Source of the DNA: an uncultured Gemmatimonadales bacterium
GTDB taxonomy: Bacteria; Gemmatimonadota; Gemmatimonadetes; Gemmatimonadales; GWC2-71-9
Reading direction: 5' to 3'
Length of the DNA stretch: 64,000 nt
Assembly (NCBI GenBank): GCA_963751925.1
Contig: CAVVWJ010000002.1
Location: 1,702,560 to 1,766,559, forward strand
The notes below the pieces were generated by a model. That model did not search any database. It was not told where the DNA came from and worked only from the letters and a program-made list of their open reading frames with translations. Of the stretch, positions 48,776 through 58,885 are shown one piece after another; position 1 is the first letter of the stretch, and the number at the start of each line of letters is the position of its first letter. The translations under genes were made by a program, and so were the position numbers.

Positions 48776-50239
48776 TCAGCGGGGGGGAGCCTCTCCCTCC
48801 CGCGCGGTCGAAGCCAGTCTGGAATGCGTCCGGCTGTAGAGGAAGTAGATCGTCAGCCCGATCACCAGCCAGATCAGGAGCCGGAGCCAGGTTTCCTTGT
48901 CGAGGTAGTACATCAGGTACCCGGAAGACAGGGCACCCATGGGGGCGACAAACCACACGAACGGCGTCTTGAACGGCCGTGGCAGGTTGGGCTCTCGGAT
49001 CCTGAGAACGAGTACGCCGAGCGACACGATCACGAAAGCCAGGAGCGTGCCAATCGAAACCAACTTGGCGGCGTCCCGTACCGGCAGGATCGCGGCCGGA
49101 ACCGATACTGCCAGACCCGTGATGATAGAGGTGATGTATGGGGTCCGGAAACGGGGGTGCACCCGTCGGATGAAAGGCGGAAGCAGCCCGTCGCGTGACA
49201 TCGAATAGAAAATCCGGGACTGTCCCAACAGCTGAACCAGGATAACCGAGGTGAGCCCCGCGATCGCCCCGATCTTGATGAACGCGCCGAAGAATCCCAG
49301 GCCGGTGTAGTCCGCCACTTTGGCGATCGGGGCGGGTACGTCGAGCTCGGCATAGGGAACCACGCCCGTGGCTATGGCAGACACGATGATGTACAACAGA
49401 GTGCAGGCGATCAACGACCCGATGATTGCAATCGGCATGTCCCGCTGAGGGTTTTTCGCCTCCTGGGCCGCGGTGGTTACCGAGTCGAATCCGATATAGG
49501 CGAAGAACACGATCGCCGCTCCCGCCACGACCCCGCTGAATCCGAAGTGCTCCCGATGGCCGGTGTTTGGCGGGATGAAGGGGTGCCAGTTGTCCGGATT
49601 CACGTGGGAGGCAGCTAGCGCGATGAAAAGAAGGACAACGACCACCTTGATGAGAACGATGACGTTGTTGACCGAAGCGGATTCTTTGATCCCCACCACG
49701 AGCAGGGTCGTGATCACCGCGATAATGAAGACCGCCGGCAGATTCAACAGAGCGGTGACCTGAGTACCGTCAGCCAGCGTTACCACCGTGCCCCGTGCAG
49801 CCTGCCAGTGAGCCGGGACATGGATGCCGAGATCGGCGAGAAAGGAGACGGTGTAACCCGACCATCCAATGGCAACCGTCGTGGCGGCCAGGGCGTATTC
49901 CAGCACGAGATCCCAACCGATAATCCAGGCCACGAACTCGCCCAGTGTGGCATAGCCGTAGGTGTACGCGCTGCCTGACATGGGAACAAGCGAGGCGAAC
50001 TCGCTGTAGCAGAGCGCTGCGAAGACCGAGGCCACGCCGGCCAGCACGAACGAGAGCACCACGGCGGGTCCGGCGTTCTGGGCGGCAACTGTCCCGGTGA
50101 GTACGAAGATTCCGGTTCCGATGATGGCGCCGACGCCCAGGGCGGTGAGCGCCACCGGGCCAAGTGCTCGCTTGAGACTCTGGTCACCAGCAGCTTCGGC
50201 CTGCAGCGCAGTGACACTCTTACGGCGAAACAGATCCAT
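48776..50239 (-). CDS. APC-superfamily amino-acid permease (paralogue 1)
   Basis: About 12 TM. LGVGAIIGTGIFVLTG, SGSAYTYGYATLGE. Confidence 0.85.
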   Translation of the reverse strand: MDLFRRKSVTALQAEAAGDQSLKRALGPVALTALGVGAIIGTGIFVLTGTVAAQNAGPAVVLSFVLAGVASVFAALCYSEFASLVPMSGSAYTYGYATLGEFVAWIIGWDLVLEYALAATTVAIGWSGYTVSFLADLGIHVPAHWQAARGTVVTLADGTQVTALLNLPAVFIIAVITTLLVVGIKESASVNNVIVLIKVVVVLLFIALAASHVNPDNWHPFIPPNTGHREHFGFSGVVAGAAIVFFAYIGFDSVTTAAQEAKNPQRDMPIAIIGSLIACTLLYIIVSAIATGVVPYAELDVPAPIAKVADYTGLGFFGAFIKIGAIAGLTSVILVQLLGQSRIFYSMSRDGLLPPFIRRVHPRFRTPYITSIITGLAVSVPAAILPVRDAAKLVSIGTLLAFVIVSLGVLVLRIREPNLPRPFKTPFVWFVAPMGALSSGYLMYYLDKETWLRLLIWLVIGLTIYFLYSRTHSRLASTAREGEAPPR

Positions 50240-50278
50240 CGCCCCTCACTGGTCTGGGTTGGAGTCGCCTGTGAGCAC

Positions 50279-51790
50279 TCAGGCCGAACGCTTCAGGGCC
50301 TGCGCGTCCCGCTCCTGCTGCAACACGCTGTGCTTCCGTCCGTAACTGAAGTAGACCACGAACCCGATCAGCAGCCAGACAAACAGTCTGAGCCAGGTAT
50401 CTCCCGGCAGCGTGGCCATCAGTCCCAGACACGCCAGCACACCGAGTATCGGTACCAGCGGGACCAATGGCGTCCGGAACGGCCGCTCCAGATCGGGGCG
50501 CTTGCGCCGAAGTATCCAGACCCCGAGGCAGACGAGGACGAAGGCCAGGAGGGTTCCGATGTTCACCAGCTCGCCCAGAATCTGAATGGGAAAGGTCCCG
50601 GTTATCACCGCTACGATAACGCCGACGTAGATGGTCGAGAGATACGGTGTTCGGAAACGGGGATGAACTTTGCCGGCCCAGGCACCGATGAGCCCGTCCC
50701 GCGACATCGAGTAGAACACCCGCGACTGGCCCAGAAGCATCACCAGTACGACGGACCCCAGACCCAGCACCGCGCCCAGGGTGATGAATGGACGGAGCCA
50801 CGCCAGCTGCGGGATCTGCTCGAGCGCATACGCAACCGGGTGGGGCACGTTCAGTGTGTCGTAGCGGACCAGCCCCGTCAGCGTAAGCGACACCAGCACG
50901 TAGAGCAGCGTGCAAATCACCAGCGATCCGAGAATTCCCTTGGGCATGTCCTTCTGAGGGTTCTTGGCTTCCTGCGCAGCGGTGCTCACCACGTCGAATC
51001 CGATGTATGCGAAGAAGATCAGCCCGGCGCCCCGAAAGACGCCGCTCCATCCGAACTCGCCGAAATGTCCGGTATTCGGCGGAATGAAGGGATGCCAATT
51101 CTCGGGATGGACGTACTGAACCCCGAACAGGATGAACAGCAGCACGACCAGGATCTTCAGCACAACGATGAAGTTGTTGACCTTGGCCGATTCCTTGATG
51201 CCGATGACGAGAATAGTGGAGGCGAGCAGAACGATGAGCATGGCGGGGAGATTGAACAGCGAACCGGTGCGGTTCCATCCGGCCTGGCTACAGGACGCCA
51301 CCGCGTTGGTGACGTCGGCGCTGGTACACCAGCGGAGCGGCGCCGAGGTGACGGCCGTGGGAAGATGGAGCCCGAAGGAGTCCAGCAGGCTCACGAAATA
51401 GCCGGACCACCCGACGCCGACGGTGGCCGCCCCCATCGCGTACTCCAGAATCAAGTCCCACCCGATGATCCAGGCCATGAGCTCGCCCATGGTGGCGTAG
51501 GAGTAGGTGTACGCGCTGCCCGCCACTGGAACGGTGCTGGCCATCTCCGCGTAGCAGAGGCCCGCGAGCCCGCAGGCGATGGCGGCCACGATGAACGAGA
51601 GCGGCACCGCAGGACCCGCATGCAGCGCTGCCGCCAGTCCGGTCAGCACGAAAATTCCGGCTCCGATGATCGCCCCGATACCGAGCATGGTGAGATTGAG
51701 CGCGCTGAGGGCGCGATTGAGCGATCGTTCGTTGGTCGCTTCAGCCTCGGCGCGGAGTGCCGTGACCGACTTCGTGGCCCACAGGCTCAT
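50279..51790 (-). CDS. APC-superfamily amino-acid permease (paralogue 2, tandem)
   Basis: Collinear with 48776-50239 and similar to it over most of the length (LGIGAIIGAGIFVLTG, AGSAYTYSYATMGE). Confidence 0.85.
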   Translation of the reverse strand: MSLWATKSVTALRAEAEATNERSLNRALSALNLTMLGIGAIIGAGIFVLTGLAAALHAGPAVPLSFIVAAIACGLAGLCYAEMASTVPVAGSAYTYSYATMGELMAWIIGWDLILEYAMGAATVGVGWSGYFVSLLDSFGLHLPTAVTSAPLRWCTSADVTNAVASCSQAGWNRTGSLFNLPAMLIVLLASTILVIGIKESAKVNNFIVVLKILVVLLFILFGVQYVHPENWHPFIPPNTGHFGEFGWSGVFRGAGLIFFAYIGFDVVSTAAQEAKNPQKDMPKGILGSLVICTLLYVLVSLTLTGLVRYDTLNVPHPVAYALEQIPQLAWLRPFITLGAVLGLGSVVLVMLLGQSRVFYSMSRDGLIGAWAGKVHPRFRTPYLSTIYVGVIVAVITGTFPIQILGELVNIGTLLAFVLVCLGVWILRRKRPDLERPFRTPLVPLVPILGVLACLGLMATLPGDTWLRLFVWLLIGFVVYFSYGRKHSVLQQERDAQALKRSA

Positions 51791-51812
51791 CGATCGAATC
51801 CTTGTTGGGAGC

Positions 51813-51881
51813 GTGAACGGTGAATCGTAAAGTGAACGTGGGGGAGGGCGGCTCGGGCCCGTTTACTGTTTACCGCTCACC
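51813..51881. repeat. Heptad-built inverted repeat (GTGAACG-type / GTTTACY-type) between guaB and the permease
   Basis: Left arm gtgaacg gtgaatc gtaaagt gaacg. Right arm gtttact gtttacc gctcacc. Uses the same word family as 40496-40570. Confidence 0.65.
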
Positions 51882-51886
51882 GCAGC

Positions 51887-53344
51887 TCAGGCGCTGTAGT
51901 TGGGAGCTTCCCGGGTGATCGTTACGTCGTGCGGGTGGGATTCCCGCAGGCCGGCTGAGGTGATCTGAACCAGTTCGACGTCGCATTGGAGCTGAGGTAT
52001 CGTGCTTACGCCGCAGTACCCCATGCCGCTCCGGAGCCCCCCGACCATCTGATAGATGACGTCGGCCACCGGACCCTTGTAGGGGACCCGCCCCTCGATG
52101 CCCTCGGGGACCATCTTGGAGGCTGCCATCTCGCCCTCCTGGAAATACCGATCGGCCGAGCCGTCCTGCATGGCCGAGAGGCTGCCCATCCCCCGAATCA
52201 TCTTGAAGCGTCGGCCCTCCGCAAGCACCGATTCCCCTGGGCTCTCCTCGGTACCGGCGAGCATCGATCCCATCATCACGGAGGACGCCCCAGAGGCCAG
52301 CGCTTTCACGACGTCTCCGGAATATTTCACCCCTCCGTCGGCAATGATCGGGACATCGTCAGCTCCCCGTAACGCTTCCATGATTGCGGTCACCTGCGGA
52401 ACTCCGACGCCGGTGACCACTCGGGTGGTACAGATGCTTCCAGGCCCGATGCCCACTTTGATGGCGTCTGCTCCTCGCCGCACCAGCTCCCGGGCTCCGG
52501 CTTCGGTAGCGACGTTCCCGGCAACGAGCTGAACGTCCGGGAAAGCCTCCCGAAGCTGATCGACCGTCGCCAGCACTCCCTCGCTATGCCCATGCGCGGA
52601 ATCAACCACGATCACATCGACGCCTGCACCGACCAGGCCCTTGGCCCGGCCCACCGCATCTGCCCCGCCGCTGACTGCCGCAGCAACACGAAGCCGGCCG
52701 TGCTGGTCCTTATTGGCGTTGGGGTGCTCTCGGCGCTTGAAGATGTCCTTGACCGTGATCAGCCCTTTCAGCACACCCTTGGCATCGACCACCGGCAGCT
52801 TCTCAATCCGGTGGCTGGCAAGGATCCGTTCCGCTTCATCCAGGTCGGTGCCGACCGGGGCGGTGATTAGCTTGTCCTTGGTCATCGCCTCGCGGATAGG
52901 TTGGTCGAGGTTACGCTCGAACTGAAGGTCGCGGTTGGTAATGATGCCGATCAGCCGTCCCTGCCCATCCACGATCGGCACCCCGGAAATCTTGAAGCGC
53001 CGCATCAGAGCGTACGCTTCCCGGAGCGGCCGGTCGGGTCCCAGCGTGATGGGATTCATGATCATCCCGCTCTCGCTTCGCTTCACCCGGTCGACCTCGG
53101 CGGCCTGACGCTCGACTGTCATGTTCTTGTGGAGCACACCGATTCCCCCGGCGCGGGCCATGGCGATTGCCATCTCCGCCTCGGTTACGGTGTCCATCGC
53201 AGCAGAGATCAGGGGGATGTTCAGAGAGATGGTGCGGGTAAAGCGGGTGGCGGTCGAAACCTCGCGCGGATGAACGGTGGAGTGCCGAGGCACCAGGAGG
53301 ACGTCATCGAAGGTAAGGCCGAGCTTGGGGCGAATTACACTCAT
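51887..53344 (-). CDS. guaB: IMP dehydrogenase GuaB
   Basis: [16 protein letters not shown] pair, catalytic loop [22 protein letters not shown]. Start set to ATG 53344. Confidence 0.95.
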   Translation of the reverse strand: MSVIRPKLGLTFDDVLLVPRHSTVHPREVSTATRFTRTISLNIPLISAAMDTVTEAEMAIAMARAGGIGVLHKNMTVERQAAEVDRVKRSESGMIMNPITLGPDRPLREAYALMRRFKISGVPIVDGQGRLIGIITNRDLQFERNLDQPIREAMTKDKLITAPVGTDLDEAERILASHRIEKLPVVDAKGVLKGLITVKDIFKRREHPNANKDQHGRLRVAAAVSGGADAVGRAKGLVGAGVDVIVVDSAHGHSEGVLATVDQLREAFPDVQLVAGNVATEAGARELVRRGADAIKVGIGPGSICTTRVVTGVGVPQVTAIMEALRGADDVPIIADGGVKYSGDVVKALASGASSVMMGSMLAGTEESPGESVLAEGRRFKMIRGMGSLSAMQDGSADRYFQEGEMAASKMVPEGIEGRVPYKGPVADVIYQMVGGLRSGMGYCGVSTIPQLQCDVELVQITSAGLRESHPHDVTITREAPNYSA

Positions 53345-53494
53345 GAACACTCCAGACGGCGGAAAGAATTCGACGCCGCGTCCATATGCACAACGGCCCA
53401 CCGGCGCCAGGAAGCGGCGTGCGGCGGGCCCGAACTCGATACGTCCATCTCCAAGACTAGTGGCCGTTTGCGGTGAAATCAAGCCGCGACGGCA

Positions 53495-55006
53495 TCACCC
53501 ACCTACGAGAGAGCCTCTTCGCCAGATCAGGTAGACCGGAATGCCGCTGGCCACGATTACCAGCCCCGGCCAGGTGTAGAGCGGACGATAGATCAGCAGC
53601 ACCAGCATCAGGGCTGCGACCGCTGCCATATACAATCCTGGAAGCAGTGGATAGCCAAAAGCCTTGACCGGCCGAGGAAGATCGGGCCTGGTTCGACGCA
53701 GCCGGAAGAGCGCTAACGTGGTGAGAAAGTAAAAGACCAGGGCGGCAAAGATCACGTAGTCCAGCAGCTGCCCGTAGGTACCGCTGATGCAGAGTACCGA
53801 CGCCCAGACCGCCTGGAGTATCAACCCAATCACAGGCGTCCGATACACCGGGTGCAGCTTTCCGACGTTCTCGAAGAAGAGCCGGTCTCGAGCCATCGCG
53901 TAGTACACCCGCGGTCCCGAGAGGATGAGCCCGTTGTTACACCCGAAGGTCGAGAGGAGAATCGCGACCGCCATGATCGTCGCGGCTCCAGCACCCAGAG
54001 CCACCTCGATCGCGGCGGTTCCCACCCGATCCTGGGATGCGTACTGGATGCCTCTGGCCAGGGCGTCGGTGCCCTGAGGGTCGCCATAGAAGGGCAGAAC
54101 ATTGAGGTACGCCACGTTCGCGAGAACATAGAGCAGACACACCATCCCGGTCCCGAGCGCGAGAGCCCGCGGCAGGTTCCTGGTGGGGTCCCGCACCTCG
54201 GCGGCGGCAAAGGTCACATTGTTCCAGGCGTCAGCCGAGAAGAGAGAGCCCACCATGGCCGCACCGACGGCCGGCAGGACAGCGAGAGACCACTCGCCGG
54301 TACCCCAGAAATGGGAAAAGTTGACGGCAGCAACGTCGGGCCTCCGAAAAAGCGTCAAGCCAAAGAAAACCAGCGCAGCCAGTGCGCCGATCTTGGCCAC
54401 GCTAAAAACAGTCTGAATGGCGGCGCCAAGGGTGACGCCGCGGATGTTCAGCAAGGTCAGCACTGTGATCATCACGATCGCAACGAGGCGCTGGGGAGAC
54501 AAACCCAGCTGAATGGCATCCTGGGCGCCGGGGAGATGGATCTGACCGAGAGGGAGGAATACGTCGGGGCTGATGCCCGGGAGTAGGACGCCCAGGAATT
54601 TGCCGAACGCAACGGCAACGGCTGCAATCGTTCCGGTCTGGATCACCATGAACAGCGTCCAACCATAGAGGAATCCAGCAGCCGGAGACAGACCCTCCCG
54701 CAGGAAGACATACTGCCCACCGGCCTTGGGCATCATCGCCGCCAGCTCGGCGTACGCCAGCGCACCGGTTACCGTCATAGCCGCGGTGATCAACCAGGCC
54801 AGAAGGAGAGCGCCGGGTCCCCAGGTTGAGACCTGCCGAGAGATGTCGGCCGACACGATGAAAATTCCGGACCCGATCATGGATCCGACGACGAGCGAGA
54901 TGGCCGCGAGGGGCCCGATCCCTCGGATGAACTCGGAAGGAGCGGAGGTGCGAGGCGGAGCCGTGGCTGGTGCAGCCATTGAGGATCCCAGTGGAGTAGG
55001 TGTCAT
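53495..55006 (-). CDS. APC-superfamily amino-acid permease (third copy, divergent)
   Basis: About 12 TM. VGSMIGSGIFIVSAD, GGQYVFLREG. Confidence 0.8.
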   Translation of the reverse strand: MTPTPLGSSMAAPATAPPRTSAPSEFIRGIGPLAAISLVVGSMIGSGIFIVSADISRQVSTWGPGALLLAWLITAAMTVTGALAYAELAAMMPKAGGQYVFLREGLSPAAGFLYGWTLFMVIQTGTIAAVAVAFGKFLGVLLPGISPDVFLPLGQIHLPGAQDAIQLGLSPQRLVAIVMITVLTLLNIRGVTLGAAIQTVFSVAKIGALAALVFFGLTLFRRPDVAAVNFSHFWGTGEWSLAVLPAVGAAMVGSLFSADAWNNVTFAAAEVRDPTRNLPRALALGTGMVCLLYVLANVAYLNVLPFYGDPQGTDALARGIQYASQDRVGTAAIEVALGAGAATIMAVAILLSTFGCNNGLILSGPRVYYAMARDRLFFENVGKLHPVYRTPVIGLILQAVWASVLCISGTYGQLLDYVIFAALVFYFLTTLALFRLRRTRPDLPRPVKAFGYPLLPGLYMAAVAALMLVLLIYRPLYTWPGLVIVASGIPVYLIWRRGSLVGG

Positions 55007-55021
55007 GTTGAACGCAGCGGG

Positions 55022-55046
55022 ATCTCTCCTCTATAAGAGGGGAGAT
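55022..55046. terminator. Stem-loop between the small ORF and the permease
   Basis: ATCTCTCCTCT-ata-AGAGGGGAGAT (10/11 bp). No clear U-tract. Confidence 0.35.
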
Positions 55047-55077
55047 TCCTCGATTCGCTCAGAATGACGGTGTAGGC

Positions 55078-55434
55078 TCAGGAGGACAACTTGTCTGGCT
55101 CAGGCGGTGAATCCGCTGAATCGACGCGGGGCCTGGTTTCGGCGGCCTTGACCGCTTCTTCGACGACTGCCTGCCCTGCCGCAGCCAGGCCTTTCATGAC
55201 CTTGGCGGCGCTGTCCATCAGTCCCATCGTTCCACTGATCGCCTGAATCGGAAGCTTGCCGGCACGCATCGTGTTTTCAACGGTCGCCGTGATTTTGGCA
55301 AACAGATTGTCAGGCTGAGAGCGTTCGGCGTACTTGCTCTCCAGGAACTCGATGTAGTCGAGGATTTGATATCCGCGCTCATCGCTCAGGGAATCGAGAA
55401 GCCGGTTGATTCGCTGCTTGAGGAGATCGTTCAT
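55078..55434 (-). CDS. Small hypothetical protein (118 aa)
   Basis: Helical, charged N-terminus MNDLLKQRINRLLDSLSDERGYQILDYIEFLESKY. Ala/Gly-rich middle. No family recognised. Confidence 0.5.
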   Translation of the reverse strand: MNDLLKQRINRLLDSLSDERGYQILDYIEFLESKYAERSQPDNLFAKITATVENTMRAGKLPIQAISGTMGLMDSAAKVMKGLAAAGQAVVEEAVKAAETRPRVDSADSPPEPDKLSS

Positions 55435-55442
55435 CGGTATAC

Positions 55443-56513
55443 CTAGCTCCCGGTTCCCTCGGAGACAGTGGACACGAGCTCTACCACCGGCGTGTCGAGG
55501 AACTTCGTCCTGGGAGCCTTGATGATCACTCTGAGCGTGAGTCCCTGTAACGCCTGCAGTGCCCGAAACTCCGCCGCCTGGCTGGCCGAAACAGTGACAT
55601 AGACGAAGCCCGGCTCTGGAAGCGGCCCACGCATGAGCAGGTAGTTCTGGCCGCGAGCCATCTCGGTGCGCAGCTCGTCCGCGGTCTGCACCGCAATGAG
55701 CTGAAGCTTCCAGTCCACGGTTCTCCCCACGAAACGCGCCGGATCTGCGCGCACCTCGGCCGCGGTGATCCCGGTCAGAACCCCAGCCGGCGCATCCTTG
55801 AGGTCGCTCTCATGAACCCAGCCCTCGAACTGGACCCGAGCCCACTCACCCGAGTGGCCCAGTACTCGGGCGGGAGCCCCGGACCTGAGGGTGCCGTACT
55901 GTCCGGCCTCTGGCGCTGTGTAGACGGCCGCCTCCCGGGCCAGCTCGACACGCTCGGGCGAAGCGGTACTAGTCGCGGCCGGGGTGGTGGTGACCGGTGT
56001 CTGAACCTTGGGTGAATCCGGCTTCACGGCCGGAGGTATTGGACGGGGACGGCCAGCCGGTGATGCGGTGGAGCTCGCGATAGCGTCCGCGGGGACCCAT
56101 CCCGAACGGTGAACATGGACCCAGCCACCGCGGGTCTCCTCCTTTTCGAGAAGTGTCCCGTTTCGGACTCGGCCGATCACCTCGCCGTTGGGCGATTCCC
56201 GGATGTTCTCGCCGTCCGACTGGCTGACTACCAGGTCGAACCCGTCCCGGCGGGTCGGCTCAGTCGACCGGCTGAAGATCCAGCCGTCGATGACCACCTC
56301 ATGCCACTCACCTACGGCACGTTTGGTCTCCACTTCAGCGCCAGCCGGCAGGGAAACCAGCGGAACTCCTTCCGGGTCCTTTCGAAGACGAGTATCTGTT
56401 GAAATTTCGCCCAGGTCCTGAGCGGAGAGAGACCCACCAAACCCCAGCCACAACGCGGTGACGCAGGCTGGTAGCAGGCGCAGGCCCGGACTAGATTGCG
56501 GCGCGTAAATCAC
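55443..56513 (-). CDS. Secreted protein with three SH3b-like repeats
   Basis: Signal LLPACVTALWLGFGGSLSAQ. Three G-x-W-x-x-V-x(3-4)-GW[IV] units (GEWHEVVIDGWIF, GGWVHVHRSGWVP, GEWARVQFEGWVH). Confidence 0.5.
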   Translation of the reverse strand: MIYAPQSSPGLRLLPACVTALWLGFGGSLSAQDLGEISTDTRLRKDPEGVPLVSLPAGAEVETKRAVGEWHEVVIDGWIFSRSTEPTRRDGFDLVVSQSDGENIRESPNGEVIGRVRNGTLLEKEETRGGWVHVHRSGWVPADAIASSTASPAGRPRPIPPAVKPDSPKVQTPVTTTPAATSTASPERVELAREAAVYTAPEAGQYGTLRSGAPARVLGHSGEWARVQFEGWVHESDLKDAPAGVLTGITAAEVRADPARFVGRTVDWKLQLIAVQTADELRTEMARGQNYLLMRGPLPEPGFVYVTVSASQAAEFRALQALQGLTLRVIIKAPRTKFLDTPVVELVSTVSEGTGS

Positions 56514-56543
56514 AGTGGCGCATTGTAGAACACGCGGAGACCC

Positions 56544-58094
56544 ATGTCAAACGGAAGCGCCCCCCGGGTAGCCCTGATTGTGCTCGATGGTTGGGGCTAC
56601 CGGGTGGAGCGTGAGGGCAACGCCATCGAGATGGCGGCGACCCCGACCTGGCATCGCCTCTGGCGTTCTTTCCCCAAGACCCTGCTTCAGTCAAGCGGGC
56701 TAGCCGTCGGACTCCCGGAAGGACAGATGGGCAATAGCGAGGTCGGCCACCTCAACCTCGGTGCCGGCCGGGTGGTCCCCCAGGACCTGGTCCGCATCTC
56801 CCAGAGTATCCAGACCGGCGAGTTCTACAACATCCAGCCTCTGGTAGAGCTGTGTGCCGGGCTCAGGCAGACCGGCGGAACCCTCCACCTGGTCGGATTG
56901 CTCGGCCCCGGCGGGGTCCATGCTCTCGATCGGCACCTCCTTGCCTGCGTCGATTTGGGAATCCGGCACAAAGTCCAGAGCATCGCCATCCATGGGTTCC
57001 TCGATGGCCGGGACTCGGCGCCTACGCTCGGTGCCGAGGTGGTGCGGACACTGCTGATGGACATGCGCCGGATTGCCGGGTCGAAGGTCGACATCGCCAC
57101 GCTGACCGGACGCTACTACGGAATGGATCGAGACCGCCGCTGGGAGCGCACCCAACTGGCGTATGAGGCCATGGTGGCGGGACAGGGAACGCCGGTCGAG
57201 CATCCCGTGCTTGCGGTCCAGGCCGCCTATCAGAAGGGGCAGACCGACGAGTTCATCCAACCCCTGGTACATATCCGAAAAGGCGTCCCGGTGGGGACGA
57301 TGCGCGATGGCGATGGCGTCTTTTTCTTCAACTATCGCAGCGACCGAATGCGTCAGATCGTCGCCGCGCTTGCGGTGGATGGATTCGATGCCTTCAACGT
57401 GCAGAACCGTCCGCGTCTCGCCTGTGTGACGATGACCCAGTACGATCAGACCTTCGCGATTCCCCAGGCGTTCCCGCCCTTCAGTCTGGCGAGAATCCTG
57501 GCGGAGGTGCTCGCCGACCGTGGGCGTACCCAGCTTCGGACCGCCGAAACCGAGAAGTATCCTCATGTGACATACTTCTTCAACGGTGGATACGAGCCAC
57601 CGTATCCCGGCGAGGAACGGTGCTTGATTCCCTCCCAGCGAGTCGCTACCTACGATCTCGCTCCGGAGATGAGCGCCCGCGGCATCACCGACGAGCTCTG
57701 CCGGGCAGTGGAGAGCAGGAAGCACGACTTCATCCTCTGTAACTATGCCAACGCCGACATGGTGGGACATACCGGCGTTCTGCCGGCCGTCATCAAGGCG
57801 GTCGAAACCGTCGACAGCTGCCTCACCCGGGTGCTGGCGAGTGCCGAAAAGGTCGGGACCAGCGTCCTCATCACCGCCGATCATGGAAACTGTGAGATGA
57901 TGATCGATCCTGTGACCGGCGGCGTTCACACGGCCCACACCACCAATCCCGTTCCGCTGGTCTCCGTGGGGGCTCTGGCGGTCCCACTCAGACCCGGTGG
58001 CTCACTGCGCGATGTCGCCCCGACCGTCCTGGGTTTGCTGGGAATCGAGCCACCCACCGAGATGACTGGTCGCGACCTGAGAGAGTGTGACTGA
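56544..58094 (+). CDS. gpmI: 2,3-bisphosphoglycerate-independent phosphoglycerate mutase GpmI
   Basis: VALIVLDGWG, GNSEVGHLNLGAGR, ANADMVGHTG, ITADHGN. Confidence 0.95.
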   Translation: MSNGSAPRVALIVLDGWGYRVEREGNAIEMAATPTWHRLWRSFPKTLLQSSGLAVGLPEGQMGNSEVGHLNLGAGRVVPQDLVRISQSIQTGEFYNIQPLVELCAGLRQTGGTLHLVGLLGPGGVHALDRHLLACVDLGIRHKVQSIAIHGFLDGRDSAPTLGAEVVRTLLMDMRRIAGSKVDIATLTGRYYGMDRDRRWERTQLAYEAMVAGQGTPVEHPVLAVQAAYQKGQTDEFIQPLVHIRKGVPVGTMRDGDGVFFFNYRSDRMRQIVAALAVDGFDAFNVQNRPRLACVTMTQYDQTFAIPQAFPPFSLARILAEVLADRGRTQLRTAETEKYPHVTYFFNGGYEPPYPGEERCLIPSQRVATYDLAPEMSARGITDELCRAVESRKHDFILCNYANADMVGHTGVLPAVIKAVETVDSCLTRVLASAEKVGTSVLITADHGNCEMMIDPVTGGVHTAHTTNPVPLVSVGALAVPLRPGGSLRDVAPTVLGLLGIEPPTEMTGRDLRECD

Positions 58095-58883
58095 ATGAGC
58101 GTTTCTCACCTGGTGCCCCGGAGGCCCCTACCCTTCTCACTGTCCGAGCAGGGCAAGCGAGGTGCTTCGGGATCGAGGTTCCTGATAATCATGGTGTTGC
58201 TTGGCTCTCTTGTGTCAACCGCCTCAGCCCAGGTGGGCCATCCACCAGGACGTTCGCCCTATCGCGACATTCGGAAGGGACACACCTTCACTGTGTTGGG
58301 CGGCTACTTCTCGGGTGGAGGCGGCGATTTCGGCATCGGCCCTCATAGCGGCAGCATCTTCGGGGCTCGCTACGACATCCGGACCGCGAGCGCGCTCCAG
58401 ATCGGTCTCGGATTCGCCCACGCCGGACTGGAGCGATTCATAGTGGATCCCTTCGTCGCGCTGGCCAACCGGAAGACCGGCCCGGTGGACCAGACCGTGA
58501 ACTTTGCGGAGCTTACTCTGCAGATGAATGTTACTGGTGGCAAGAGCTGGCACAGGATCGCTCCATTTTTCGGCGGAAATGTCGGGCTCGCGTTTGCAAC
58601 CAGCACACCGGGCGACACTAGCGGGTACAAGTTTGGTCGCAAGTTTTACGTCGCGCCGGCGCTGGGAACCCGGGTCTTCATCACGGACCGGCTGCATCTC
58701 CGGGCTGAAGCTCGCGCCACCTTCTGGAAGCTGAACTATCCCACGACCTTCCAGCAGGAACCTCCCCTGGAGCCAGGGAATGGCACCACGTCAAACGCGG
58801 TGATTCCTCCTCCTGGCAAGCTGGCCGAATGGACCACCTCCTCCTGGCTCCAGATAGGTCTGGGTTACTCGTTCTCACCCTGA
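58095..58883 (+). CDS. Outer-membrane beta-barrel protein, unknown family
   Basis: Signal ...LLGSLVSTASAQ. Alternating strands. C-terminal WLQIGLGYSFSP. Confidence 0.5.
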   Translation: MSVSHLVPRRPLPFSLSEQGKRGASGSRFLIIMVLLGSLVSTASAQVGHPPGRSPYRDIRKGHTFTVLGGYFSGGGGDFGIGPHSGSIFGARYDIRTASALQIGLGFAHAGLERFIVDPFVALANRKTGPVDQTVNFAELTLQMNVTGGKSWHRIAPFFGGNVGLAFATSTPGDTSGYKFGRKFYVAPALGTRVFITDRLHLRAEARATFWKLNYPTTFQQEPPLEPGNGTTSNAVIPPPGKLAEWTTSSWLQIGLGYSFSP

Positions 58884-58885
58884 TC

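Noticed and set aside
53345-53494. Riboswitch in the 150-nt guaB leader.
   Set aside because: It contains a GC-rich hairpin (GGCCCGCCG...CGGTGGGCC), but I could not recognise any purine, ZTP or other riboswitch core by eye. A covariance-model scan is needed.
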